A DNA stretch of 64,000 bases from Ignavibacteriae bacterium HGW-Ignavibacteriae-4 (GTDB taxonomy: Bacteria > Bacteroidota > Ignavibacteria > Kapaibacteriales > UBA2268): assembly GCA_002839765.1 (NCBI GenBank), contig PGYR01000004.1:45055-109054 (forward strand), read 5' to 3'. Positions 46,478 through 56,356 of this stretch are shown piece by piece (positions within the stretch are counted from its first letter, which is position 1; each line of letters opens with the position of its first letter). The notes under the pieces are model-generated. The model was given only the letters and a program-made list of their open reading frames with translations, was not told the DNA's origin and searched no databases. A program made the translations under genes and the position numbers.

Positions 46478-47692
46478 ATGAAAAACAAAGATCAAATAAA
46501 AGCAGACATAATAACCAATCTATTCAGCAAGCATAGAATGGGTATAAAACCCGGATTGGAGCGAACTATTGCTTTAGCGGAGGCGACGGGTAATCCACAG
46601 AATAGATATGATAGTATACACGTAGCTGGTACTAATGGCAAGGGGAGTACTTGCTCGGTGGCTAGCTCTATTCTGATAGAATTGGGTCTGAAAGTGGGGC
46701 TATATACTTCACCGCATATCAAGGATTTCAACGAGAGGATTAGGGTTAATGGCATTGCTATAACCGATGATGAGTTAATAGAATATGCCGAGAAATTGCT
46801 CCCAATAGCCGAGGAGATGGACGCTACTTTCTTCGAGATTACTACTGTTATGGCATTCTTGTATTTCGCGGATAAGGGTGTCGATATTGCCGTGATAGAA
46901 ACGGGTATGGGTGGGCAGTTCGACAGTACGAATATCATCAATCCCAAAGTATGTGTTATCACAGATATTGATATGGATCACGAGGAGTTCCTGGGTGATA
47001 CGATAGAGAAAATTGCATTCGAAAAAGCTGGAATTATCAAGCCAAATACACCGATTATAACGACTAATGAAACAAGAAATGTACTTAGTGTAATCAGAGA
47101 AAAAGCCACGAAAGAAAACGCGGAGTTGATATTAACTACGGTGCAGAATAATGATGAAGTCGCTACTACTATCCGCTCCAAATTCATCAGCCATTCTTTC
47201 ATCAAGAACTACTCTGCGGCTCTGAAAGCATGCGAAGTATACCTTGGAAAAGCAATACCAGCAGAGATACAAAAAATAGCTATTGAGAATATAGAAAAGA
47301 ACTCGGGCTATTTTGCTCGCTTGCAAATGATAAGCAATGACCCAGTTTGCATACTCGATATATCGCATTCGGTAGCAGCGGCTAAAAACCTAGTCGAGTC
47401 ATTACAAACGACGTTCAAAGACAAGAAATGGACGGTAATACTAGCTCTGATGAGTGACAAGGATTACCGTGGTATAATAGATGAGTTAGCGGTAATAGCT
47501 GATCTTATGATACTTACGCAAGTCGAGAATGAACGCTCTATGTCAGCGATTGACCTGAGCTATTATGCAGAATCCATAGGCATAAACTCAATGATAATGA
47601 TAAACCCAAAAATGGCAAAGAAATTCGCTTTCGATAGTAAGTTAGATTGTATTATCACTGGCTCGTTCTATTTAGCAGCAGAGGTGTTTTGA
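46478..47692 (+). CDS. folC: bifunctional folylpolyglutamate synthase / dihydrofolate synthase
   Basis: Mur-ligase P-loop HVAGTNGKGSTCSVASSIL, YTSPHI, and the DMDHEEFLGDTIEKIAFEKAGII region. Confidence 0.85.
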   Translation: MKNKDQIKADIITNLFSKHRMGIKPGLERTIALAEATGNPQNRYDSIHVAGTNGKGSTCSVASSILIELGLKVGLYTSPHIKDFNERIRVNGIAITDDELIEYAEKLLPIAEEMDATFFEITTVMAFLYFADKGVDIAVIETGMGGQFDSTNIINPKVCVITDIDMDHEEFLGDTIEKIAFEKAGIIKPNTPIITTNETRNVLSVIREKATKENAELILTTVQNNDEVATTIRSKFISHSFIKNYSAALKACEVYLGKAIPAEIQKIAIENIEKNSGYFARLQMISNDPVCILDISHSVAAAKNLVESLQTTFKDKKWTVILALMSDKDYRGIIDELAVIADLMILTQVENERSMSAIDLSYYAESIGINSMIMINPKMAKKFAFDSKLDCIITGSFYLAAEVF

Positions 47693-48201
47693 AGTTAGCC
47701 CCTAACAGAATCAAATTCTACCAATTTCTAAATGACGACCTCTCGTTAGAAGAATTAGTAGAATGGATTTATACAAATAAAGAACTTGAGAATATCATAC
47801 CTAATGACCAGTATCTTGATTTAATTTCAAATAATTTTTATGATTCTGCCGTAGATGTGTTTTTAAAATCTTTTATCAGAAGAAACTTTGATTGGGATGA
47901 GTATGAGAAATGGAGAACCATTAAATTACTAGAAACAATTACAACCGGTGAATTTGATATGTTCAATGCTGCATTCCAATTAAGTCAATTATTTCTGGAA
48001 CAAGATGAAGATATGGAAGAGCCGCTAATCTCAATAGGATTAGCTGTTGGATATGCTAGCGAACTTGACCGTTTACCAATGGAGTCAGAGTATAAGAACT
48101 GGAATCAGGAAGCACTGGAGATTAAACTAGAGGAGCTAGAAAGATTGAAGACTTCTATGCTAGCGGATATTGATAATGAAATAAGAAGATTAAAAAAATA
48201 A
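47647..48201 (+). CDS. hypothetical protein (start uncertain; no in-frame ATG before MFNAAFQ, probable GTG/TTG start just after folC)
   Basis: ORF overlaps the folC 3' end. Acidic C-terminal half with a coiled-coil-like stretch. Confidence 0.3.
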   Translation: MYYHWLVLFSSRGVLKLAPNRIKFYQFLNDDLSLEELVEWIYTNKELENIIPNDQYLDLISNNFYDSAVDVFLKSFIRRNFDWDEYEKWRTIKLLETITTGEFDMFNAAFQLSQLFLEQDEDMEEPLISIGLAVGYASELDRLPMESEYKNWNQEALEIKLEELERLKTSMLADIDNEIRRLKK

Positions 48202-48297
48202 ACCACAATCCCTATCAATTAAAGCTATATTACAAGTTAATGGATATTTATTCGTAAATTAATAGGTCTTATTCTATCAATAAATATAGGTGTTTTT

Positions 48298-48861
48298 ATG
48301 AAAAAATTATTGCTTTTACTAATGCTAGTTACTCTTGTGGCATGTAATCAATCGGAAGACGATTTGCATGACTCACAAGAATGGTCAAGCGATACTATTC
48401 CAAATCCAGAGGATGGGAGTACAAACTCCAAATATACTGCTAAAAATGAGAAAGAAGGTAAGTCTTCTTCTGAATCTACTACTCCTTTCAAAAAGGAAGA
48501 AATAGCTGGTGCGTGGGAAGTCAAATTAACCGTTACTAGCACTAATTGCGAAGGTATAACTACAAATGAAGAAAAGGAAGAACGCTGGTTTGTGAATTTC
48601 GAGACTGGTGAGCTGAATATAACTGTAATGACAAAAGGCAGTAAAACAAAAGAGTATTGGGGATATTTCACTGGTAAAAATCTAGAAGCATTAGCTGATA
48701 AAAAGCTAACAAAACAGGAAATGATATCTTTGAATAGTAAAAATGTTAACCGAAATACTCTTAATCTAAAAGTAGAAAACAGCAATAGTATCACAGGAAA
48801 CAGAGTAGATATTAGTAAAGATCTATGCCGTACAGATTATTCTATTATCATGACTCGATAG
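48298..48861 (+). CDS. hypothetical lipoprotein
   Basis: Lipobox LVACNQSE; Lys/Glu/Ser-rich. Confidence 0.4.
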   Translation: MKKLLLLLMLVTLVACNQSEDDLHDSQEWSSDTIPNPEDGSTNSKYTAKNEKEGKSSSESTTPFKKEEIAGAWEVKLTVTSTNCEGITTNEEKEERWFVNFETGELNITVMTKGSKTKEYWGYFTGKNLEALADKKLTKQEMISLNSKNVNRNTLNLKVENSNSITGNRVDISKDLCRTDYSIIMTR

Positions 48862-48900
48862 TCCAAAAAGAGCTTGAATAGAAATATTTAAAGAAACTAC

Positions 48901-48935
48901 ACAAGCCCTCTTATGCTAAAGAGGGTTTTTTTATG
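48901..48935. terminator. bidirectional rho-independent terminator
   Basis: AAGCCCTCTT-atgct-AAAGAGGGTT followed by TTTTTTT, with A-rich sequence on the other side. It sits between convergent genes. Confidence 0.6.
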
Positions 48936-48958
48936 TTGGTAGGAGTTGGCATATATTT

Positions 48959-49633
48959 TTATCCAAACCTTCTACTCGCCCACGACCATAAATCCTTATC
49001 ATCTATAACTTCATATTTCATCTTATTAGATGGGTATTGAGTTATACATTGCTCTATTTCTTCTTTGCTTTTCAGATTAGAAAGCCAATATTTTTCATCT
49101 TCTTTGGCTAATATAACCGGCATTCGGCTGCGGTTATTGTGGACATATTCCATTAGCTCGTTCGCTTCGGCAGTGAGTATGCTGTATGTGTGAAGTATCT
49201 CACCGGTGCTTTTGTCAGTCCAATTTTCGTAAATCCCAGCGAAGGAGAATATCTCCTGGTCAGTCGTAGTTACGAAATGTGGAATTTTATCTTTGCCTTC
49301 GTGTCTCCATTCGTAAAAGCCAGTCGCTGGTATTATACAGCGTCTGCTCTTTATTGCACTCCTGAATGATGGCTTTTCGAAAACAGTTTCCGACCGAGCG
49401 TTACCCGTTTTTTTGCTTATATCATCTGCATCTTTTCGTGATTTTATCCATGATGGAACTAGGCCCCAGTTATAATAGCTTATGATGTTCGGCTCCTCCG
49501 CTGTTATTACAGGCATACTTGGGTTAGCAAAAGCATTAGCGTGGAATACGGACTCAAATTCGGGTGGGTTTGCAACCCCGTAGCGGTTTCCTGTTTTTAT
49601 CTTATCAGCAATATAGGCATAGTGAAAGCACAT
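48959..49633 (-). CDS. SOS-response-associated peptidase (SRAP / YedK-HMCES family) abasic-site processing protein
   Basis: Begins Met-Cys (catalytic Cys2). Conserved …NARSETVFEKPSFRSAIKSRRCIIPATGFYEW … FAGIYENW … MPVIL… pattern. Confidence 0.8.
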   Translation of the reverse strand: MCFHYAYIADKIKTGNRYGVANPPEFESVFHANAFANPSMPVITAEEPNIISYYNWGLVPSWIKSRKDADDISKKTGNARSETVFEKPSFRSAIKSRRCIIPATGFYEWRHEGKDKIPHFVTTTDQEIFSFAGIYENWTDKSTGEILHTYSILTAEANELMEYVHNNRSRMPVILAKEDEKYWLSNLKSKEEIEQCITQYPSNKMKYEVIDDKDLWSWASRRFG

Positions 49634-49886
49634 AGTGTATAGTATTCATAGTTAAGCAATAACACAAATATACAAAATAAATGGAGGAATTATAATTCGT
49701 TAGGAGCAAAAGAAATAATTCAAAAGGATATTTATTCTATTGTTAGTAAAATGAATATTATTATTTTTGTGAATATTGGATATTATGCTGGTACTTAATT
49801 ACAAAACCAAATATTGAGAATAATAATAAATCCAATCAGGGTTAATATTTAACATTAAATTTTCTGCTTATAATGTAGTTTATGAA

Positions 49887-52574
49887 ATGAGACTGATGAG
49901 ATACCAAATTGCCTTCTTGTTTTTGATTGGATTAACACCTAAACTGTTTTCACAACCAATGTTGTACTATAATGGTCAAATCTACACTTCCGATACCAAT
50001 AATCTTAATATAAGTTATTTCGTTGTTAACAATGGGGTTATCATTGAAACAGGTGATGCAATTTCAGCTGAACGTATAGCGGAATTTCAAAAGTCAGAAA
50101 ATCTAATGGGAAAGACAATTATCCCTGGGTTTATCGATAGTCATATTCATTTTATTGATGGGGCATTAGGTCTAAATCAAGTCAATTTAGTTGATGTGAA
50201 GGATTCGGTAACATTGAAGCAACGAATATTAGAAACTCTAGGTAGTAGTTCGGATGGTGTTTATGTAGCTAGGGACCTTTCCTCTTATGCATTGTTAGGG
50301 GTATCAAACCCGTTAAAATATTTAGATTATATAAGCCCTGAATTCCCTGTGATAATCTTTTTGAAAAGTGGCCACGCAGCTATCGCAAACTCAGCAGGTA
50401 TGAACATACTCGGTTTTAATGAAAAAACAAAAATAGCTGATGGTCATCTAGGTCTTGATGAAACAGACAAATTAAATGGGTGGCTTATGGAAGCTGCCGC
50501 AATGGAAGCTCTCAAGAATATAGGAGAAGAATATAAGTATAAGACATTAGAAAATGCTATTTTAAGAGGTCAGGAACTTGCCTTATCTTATGGAATCACA
50601 ACAATCGGAGACAACACATTCTCTCCCTATAATATGAAGATTTATCAATCGATGCAAAGAGAGGGGAAACTTAAATTGAGAATCTGGACCAGAAGCTATG
50701 GCCGGATTCCACAGACTACAAACCTTATGGGGCCAATGGGACTAAAAAAGCTTGGCTTCATAGGACCGCAGAATGATTTCAATCGTGTTCACTATCATCT
50801 AAGCAAGTTATTTACGGATATGTCATTATCTATTCCAACTGAAATTACAGGAAATATAGAGCCAGGTGGGGAAGTGTACTTAAGCAAGAATGAAATTGAA
50901 AATTATTTACTCCTAAATCCTGAAACTACATTTGCATTTCATGTTCAAGGAAAAAAGGGGTTGCATAATATCATTGATGCTCTAACTGACTTAGGCTCAA
51001 GAAATAATAATCGCAGACATGTAATTGATCATGCTGGCTATTGTACAGAAAAGCAATTAGAACAATTACACAATTTGGGTGTGTCAGTTACTATTCTTGC
51101 TTCACAAACTTTCGATTATCCAAGTCTTATTAAAGAATACAGCAATAATAATGTAAGCTTAATAGAAGATGATTTATTAAATGTTCGAAAAAAAATTAAA
51201 ATTCTACATGGGGCTTTAACTAGCGACTTTCCTTATGGTATGGATACGAGTTTTGTACAATACCCTAGTAACGATGGACTCAACCCACTTTCGAACATGG
51301 CTATAAATATAACTGGAATGTTTCCAGATGGGAGTGAAATAAATGGATTTGCAAATAAAACAATATCTGTTTCGGAAGCAATACAATCATATACAACAAA
51401 TGGTGCTTTTGTACTAGGTGAGGATAATTTTCTTGGTAAAATATCAAAGGGGTATGCCGCTGACTTCATTATATTAAATCAAAAAATTCCTTTTACAAAT
51501 CCAATGGAATTATATAATATGGAGGTATTACAAACTTATATCGGCGGAGAAAAAGTTTATGATAGATTCAACCCATTAGAACCATTTCAAGTCGACGAAG
51601 CAATCACACCATATGATTATACAGTTAGTCCTTTATTTGGATACGACCCAACGGTAGGTTTTATATTTGGAGCTGCGGGGTTCGTTTTCCCTCTGAAAAT
51701 ACCTAGTAACTATGGAAATATACAAATAATGGCTTCATCAAATGGAAATTTCAATATACAGGGAGTTTTCAAAAGATTTGAATTGTTCAAAAATATTGAG
51801 TTCAAATTACCCGTTACAGCTTCCAATTTTGTACAGTATTATTATGGGGAATCAGACACAACTAACTCTTCGAATTATAAAGTCCTTTTTTCTGATAGAA
51901 TATTAATACGACCAGAATTCACATTATCACTAAGTGATGGCTTTCAAACTTCGTTATTTGGCGATTTTAGATATTTAAATAAAACGAATTTAAAAGATAA
52001 ACAAGGTAACCAATTAATTGAAAGACTAATGCCAAATGAGACGTCATTGGGTGTAGGAATGGGATTAAGTTACGATACTCGGGATAACCCAATTTCCACA
52101 AAACTAGGTTTCTATGGTGCCGCTCAATACGTCAATGTATCTGGTATCGGACAAACGAATAACATAAACTCGAATTTGATTATGGTTGACTTTCGATATT
52201 TTAATTATATTTATAACTCTAAATTTGTATTGGCTACTCGTTTTTCAGCAGGTGCTTTATTTGGTAACTCAGGATATATGTTTCGCTATACATTAGGTGG
52301 AGCTGAGCGTTTAAGAGGATACTATACTAATAGGTTCAGAGGCGATTTGTTTTACTCTGCACAAGCTGAATTCAGATTCCCATTGTATAAGAAGTTCTCA
52401 GGGGTTTGTTTTATTGATGAAGGTGATATTAGTGAGAAAAGTCTTGATAAAACACTAGTAACTTTTGGTGGAGGTGTTCGCTTTTCAATTAATTCAAATG
52501 TTGTATTAAGACTCGATTATGGGATTGCTAAAGACCAGAATGGAGTATTCTTCACTTTTGGCGAAGCTTTCTGA
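49887..52574 (+). CDS. fusion protein: N-terminal metal-dependent amidohydrolase domain + C-terminal Omp85/surface-antigen (D15)-type outer-membrane beta-barrel
   Basis: Amidohydrolase HxH metal site (IIPGFIDSHIHFIDGAL) plus a distal HxxxH…D pattern (DHAGYC…). The last ~330 aa have alternating beta-strand periodicity and end in the Bac_surface_Ag-type terminus …GGGVRFSINSNVVLRLDYGIAKDQNGVFFTFGEAF. Confidence 0.55.
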   Translation: MRLMRYQIAFLFLIGLTPKLFSQPMLYYNGQIYTSDTNNLNISYFVVNNGVIIETGDAISAERIAEFQKSENLMGKTIIPGFIDSHIHFIDGALGLNQVNLVDVKDSVTLKQRILETLGSSSDGVYVARDLSSYALLGVSNPLKYLDYISPEFPVIIFLKSGHAAIANSAGMNILGFNEKTKIADGHLGLDETDKLNGWLMEAAAMEALKNIGEEYKYKTLENAILRGQELALSYGITTIGDNTFSPYNMKIYQSMQREGKLKLRIWTRSYGRIPQTTNLMGPMGLKKLGFIGPQNDFNRVHYHLSKLFTDMSLSIPTEITGNIEPGGEVYLSKNEIENYLLLNPETTFAFHVQGKKGLHNIIDALTDLGSRNNNRRHVIDHAGYCTEKQLEQLHNLGVSVTILASQTFDYPSLIKEYSNNNVSLIEDDLLNVRKKIKILHGALTSDFPYGMDTSFVQYPSNDGLNPLSNMAINITGMFPDGSEINGFANKTISVSEAIQSYTTNGAFVLGEDNFLGKISKGYAADFIILNQKIPFTNPMELYNMEVLQTYIGGEKVYDRFNPLEPFQVDEAITPYDYTVSPLFGYDPTVGFIFGAAGFVFPLKIPSNYGNIQIMASSNGNFNIQGVFKRFELFKNIEFKLPVTASNFVQYYYGESDTTNSSNYKVLFSDRILIRPEFTLSLSDGFQTSLFGDFRYLNKTNLKDKQGNQLIERLMPNETSLGVGMGLSYDTRDNPISTKLGFYGAAQYVNVSGIGQTNNINSNLIMVDFRYFNYIYNSKFVLATRFSAGALFGNSGYMFRYTLGGAERLRGYYTNRFRGDLFYSAQAEFRFPLYKKFSGVCFIDEGDISEKSLDKTLVTFGGGVRFSINSNVVLRLDYGIAKDQNGVFFTFGEAF

Positions 52575-52602
52575 GATTACTCAATACTATTCACAATATG
52601 TA

Positions 52603-53361
52603 ATGAATAAGGAACACAAAAATATATTGAAGATATTAGTCTCATTTTTAATGTTGTTTGTGTTGTATCATTCAGCAGAATACATGATTTTATTTAAAAA
52701 AAGTATTAGTGGATTCTTAATTTTTCAATTTTTGTTTTTTCTGTCTGCATGGCTTTTAGGGAATTGGAATCAAAAAAATGGATTTGATTTTTGGGGGTTA
52801 TCATTCTCAAAATTTAGAATAAAATACCTACTAATCGGGTTGTTTTTAGGTGTAGTATTATATGCTATTCCGTACATTTTCTCATTATTTTTTGAAATAG
52901 AATTTATTACAAAAGCTCCTTTGTGGACTGATATTTTGAAGGCAGGTGTTCCATTTTCTTTTGGTTTAATATTCTCATCTTTTTCTGAAGATGTCTTAAC
53001 GAGAAGTACCGTTTTTCGTCTTTATAATAACAAAATTAGTTCTAGTTTGATTATCATTATCTCTTCATTGATATATGTATTAAACCATATTTACAGACTA
53101 AATGCTGGAATTGAGACTTTTGTATATCTGTTTTTGCTAGGTGTAGTATTGACAATTCCATTAATAATTACAGGAAATCTATGGATTACTGGGATAATGC
53201 ATTGGTCTGGAAATACTTTCTTTTATATTTCACATGAAATTATTTTGATTAAACACAATCCGATTTACATAAATCCAAACCTCATATTTATCTTTTGGAT
53301 TCTAATACTAATTCCAATTGTATGGTATTTAATCAGTAAGTTTAAATCTAAATTAGTTTGA
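52603..53361 (+). CDS. CPBP-family intramembrane glutamic endopeptidase (CAAX protease / Abi domain)
   Basis: Motifs EExxxR-like (SEDVLTRSTVF), FxxxH (YVLNHIY) and HxxxN (HWSGNTF), with multiple TM helices. The start is moved to the first ATG after the upstream stop. Confidence 0.6.
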   Translation: MNKEHKNILKILVSFLMLFVLYHSAEYMILFKKSISGFLIFQFLFFLSAWLLGNWNQKNGFDFWGLSFSKFRIKYLLIGLFLGVVLYAIPYIFSLFFEIEFITKAPLWTDILKAGVPFSFGLIFSSFSEDVLTRSTVFRLYNNKISSSLIIIISSLIYVLNHIYRLNAGIETFVYLFLLGVVLTIPLIITGNLWITGIMHWSGNTFFYISHEIILIKHNPIYINPNLIFIFWILILIPIVWYLISKFKSKLV

Positions 53362-53423
53362 TAGGATATTATCTAATTAATGAGATATTCAATAAATCGA
53401 ATATTTATTTTCGCAATTTTTTA

Positions 53424-54317
53424 CTAAACCTTAGCTCTTTTAGATAAGAACTCGCGGAGAGCCTTGTCAAATGGGTCTGAGGTAACTACTAAGTTGTAGT
53501 CCACGTTTTGGCTGTAGCATACATTCTTTATTTTACTAATGAAATCTTGCATTGCATTTTGGTAAGACTCTTTTAGCTGATGACTATTAGTTACCATTTC
53601 CTCTTTGGATTCTAAGTCGATGAACTTAGCTGAGCGCCCGAAATTGAAATCTAGTTCTCGTGGGTCTAGTAGTTGGAATAAAATCACCTCGTTCTCTTTG
53701 TGGCGGAAGTGTTTCAGAGCTGAGCTAATAGATTCTATATCATCGAAGAGGTCTGAAATTATGATTATTAATCCACGTCTTTTTATCTGGTCTGCTAATT
53801 GGTCTAGAGCAGCTGCCGTGTGCGTCTCATCCGTTGTTTCAATACTTTCTAGTGACTTTAATATTAGGTTCAGGTATGACGGTTTTGATTTAGATGGTAA
53901 GTAAGTCTTCACTTCCTTATCGTAAAGTGCCAACCCAACAGAATCACGTTGCTTCATCATCATGTAGCCAAGAGATGCTGCCAAATAGGAAGCATACTCA
54001 ACTTTAGGTATATGCCCTTCGGAAGCAAATCCCATAGAGGCAGAAATATCTACCAAAATAGTCGCGCGTAGGTTCGTTTCCTCTTCGTATTGCTTTACGT
54101 AATAGCGATTAGAACGTCCATAAACCTTCCAGTCTATGTTCTTTACCTCATCGCCAGCTCGGTATGGGCGATGCTCGGCAAACTCCACACTGAAACCATG
54201 GTACGGCGATTTGTGCAATCCCGTTATGAATCCCTCTACTACCATTCGTGCTTTTAGGTCTATGCCCTTTAGCTCGGCAGTGGCTTTGGGGTCTAAATAC
54301 TTTCTGTGATCATCCAT
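53424..54317 (-). CDS. DUF58 domain protein (MoxR-ATPase-associated, vWA-like)
   Basis: HKSPYHGFSVEFAEHRPYRAGDEVKNIDWKVYGRSNRYYVKQYEEE is the DUF58 signature block. Confidence 0.8.
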   Translation of the reverse strand: MDDHRKYLDPKATAELKGIDLKARMVVEGFITGLHKSPYHGFSVEFAEHRPYRAGDEVKNIDWKVYGRSNRYYVKQYEEETNLRATILVDISASMGFASEGHIPKVEYASYLAASLGYMMMKQRDSVGLALYDKEVKTYLPSKSKPSYLNLILKSLESIETTDETHTAAALDQLADQIKRRGLIIIISDLFDDIESISSALKHFRHKENEVILFQLLDPRELDFNFGRSAKFIDLESKEEMVTNSHQLKESYQNAMQDFISKIKNVCYSQNVDYNLVVTSDPFDKALREFLSKRAKV

Positions 54318-54366
54318 AGCCGATTAGACGAATTTTGGTGCTATAAGTTGCATGTTAATATTGATT

Positions 54367-55239
54367 TTAATTATTTAGGAATAAATTTATTTCGGCTAAT
54401 GTTTTATCAAATTCTTCTTCTTGTAAGAAATGGCCACTTTCTAACTCAACAACTCTAGCGTTTGGGAGTTTAGTTCGCCACTTTTTTAAATATTCTGTTG
54501 TAAGAAAACTATCTTTAGTTCCCCAAAGTATTAACCATTTTTTTTCGGATACCTTATCCAAATTTTGCCATTGTTTTTCATACCAATCTGATGATCCAAG
54601 TAGCGATTTCGCAAGATTATAAGTCGAATTTCTAGAGCTACTTTCTAGAAATGGCCCGATGTATTGACTATGTAGTTTTTTCGTTAAAAGCTCGTTATTA
54701 TAGAAACCTTTTTTCAATAATACTTTTGCAGAAAAATTCAACTTCATATACATGAATTTGCCGATAAAGCTATTTATCACTTTGTCTATCTTCACAACAT
54801 CTTTGTTAGATTTCGTTTCCCAAAGCCAAGTGTTAAACATTATTATTTTTGATATTCTATTGTGATGAGTCATAGCTGCTGACAATCCTATAGGACCACC
54901 AAAATCATGCACTACTAAGTTGATATCATGAAGCCCCATTTTCTCAATAAATTCTATAAGATTATTGGAATGTGACTGAGGAGTACCATCAAACCTTATT
55001 TGATTTTCTGAAAGCCCAAAACCAAGATTATCAATAGCAATGCATCTATTTGTTTTAGAAAGTTCTTTGATATAGTTCCTATAAAGAAATGACCAAGTAG
55101 GAGTTCCATGGACAAAAAGAACTATCTCGCCAGCCCCCTCATCGATATAGTGCATACGCCCATTTTTTAAATCAATAAACTTGCTTTCAAAAGGATACTC
55201 GGATTTATCCAACCACTTTTCAGAATTATTACTTTTCAT
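54367..55239 (-). CDS. alpha/beta-fold hydrolase
   Basis: FVHGTPTWSFLY (HG oxyanion region) and nucleophile elbow VVHDFGGPIG. Confidence 0.6.
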   Translation of the reverse strand: MKSNNSEKWLDKSEYPFESKFIDLKNGRMHYIDEGAGEIVLFVHGTPTWSFLYRNYIKELSKTNRCIAIDNLGFGLSENQIRFDGTPQSHSNNLIEFIEKMGLHDINLVVHDFGGPIGLSAAMTHHNRISKIIMFNTWLWETKSNKDVVKIDKVINSFIGKFMYMKLNFSAKVLLKKGFYNNELLTKKLHSQYIGPFLESSSRNSTYNLAKSLLGSSDWYEKQWQNLDKVSEKKWLILWGTKDSFLTTEYLKKWRTKLPNARVVELESGHFLQEEEFDKTLAEINLFLNN

Positions 55240-55313
55240 TTATTACTTAGCCCTATTTTTTTAATGCAAGTTAATACAAGAGAAATTTAGGTTTCTTGGT
55301 ATAAACTAATAAT

Positions 55314-55871
55314 TTACATCTTCGAGATTAATTTGCTTAGGTTAGTAGGATGAATTCTCAAATACGAAGCTATGTCTTTTTGATTTACTAATTGTAGTAG
55401 TTCGGATCTTTTTTCGACAAAAGAACTAAATCGTTTATTGATATCAAATGAAATCATTTCATAATACCTATTTAGTATATCTACTAAGATCAGTTCTGTA
55501 GCTTTCCTGAATAGAGTCTCTATAGGTCTGTATTTTTCAAGAAGTTCAATGTGCTTAGAATACGATATTCTCAGAAAAGTACTTTCAGTAATAGTGGCAA
55601 GAAAGTACTTGGAGGGTGATTGAGTGATAAAAGATTCGGGAATCCCAGTGAATGATGGAGAATATGTAAACTCTATAATTTCTTCTTTTCCTTCATTTAT
55701 GTAATATGACTTTTGTACACCACTTTTCACAAAATATAAGTATTTTTGTACTTCATTCTCCCATGTCATAATAGTGTTTTTTGGAATGCTAACCTCCTCC
55801 CAATGTGAAATATATTCATTATAAATATCATCACTTATAGGATGAATCATATCAAAATATTCCTTTATCAT
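55314..55871 (-). CDS. Crp/Fnr-family transcriptional regulator
   Basis: N-terminal cNMP-binding-like beta-roll and a C-terminal HTH (QKDIASYLRIHPTNLSKLISKM). Confidence 0.6.
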   Translation of the reverse strand: MIKEYFDMIHPISDDIYNEYISHWEEVSIPKNTIMTWENEVQKYLYFVKSGVQKSYYINEGKEEIIEFTYSPSFTGIPESFITQSPSKYFLATITESTFLRISYSKHIELLEKYRPIETLFRKATELILVDILNRYYEMISFDINKRFSSFVEKRSELLQLVNQKDIASYLRIHPTNLSKLISKM

Positions 55872-56347
55872 ACTGACAATATCTCTTTATCTCCTATAGT
55901 TCGGGAACTTTTTACTCTCGTGATTATCTCTTCTAACTCTGCTTTTATGGACTGTATATTTGAATAAGAGAACCGAACGAATAGAATTATCATTTTATTT
56001 ACTTCACCCTTATTTATAACTATTTCGGTTTGCGAACGATCTATACTCTTAATATCTGAAATAGAAATAACTTGGTCGTTTTTTTCATCGTAATTATATA
56101 GTTTAATAGCATTTTCGGTTATTTCTAAGCTCATTACTAATTCTTCTTTCGGCATTTTCGATAAAAAGAACTCTAAAATTCCGAAAAATAGAATAGTCCA
56201 AAATATTTGTAATAAAGCTTCATAAAAATCAAACACGTAAAAATCAAACGCTGTTATTAGTACAAACCCTATACCTAAGGTTAGTACCCTATTTTCTCTT
56301 TTACTAAAGAAGTATTCTTTCTTTTGTCCAGCTATGTAGTATTTCAT
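55868..56347 (-). CDS. hypothetical membrane protein
   Basis: Two TM helices near the N-terminus. The ORF overlaps both neighbours. Confidence 0.35.
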   Translation of the reverse strand: MKYYIAGQKKEYFFSKRENRVLTLGIGFVLITAFDFYVFDFYEALLQIFWTILFFGILEFFLSKMPKEELVMSLEITENAIKLYNYDEKNDQVISISDIKSIDRSQTEIVINKGEVNKMIILFVRFSYSNIQSIKAELEEIITRVKSSRTIGDKEILSV

Positions 56348-56356
56348 TGTGTTTAC

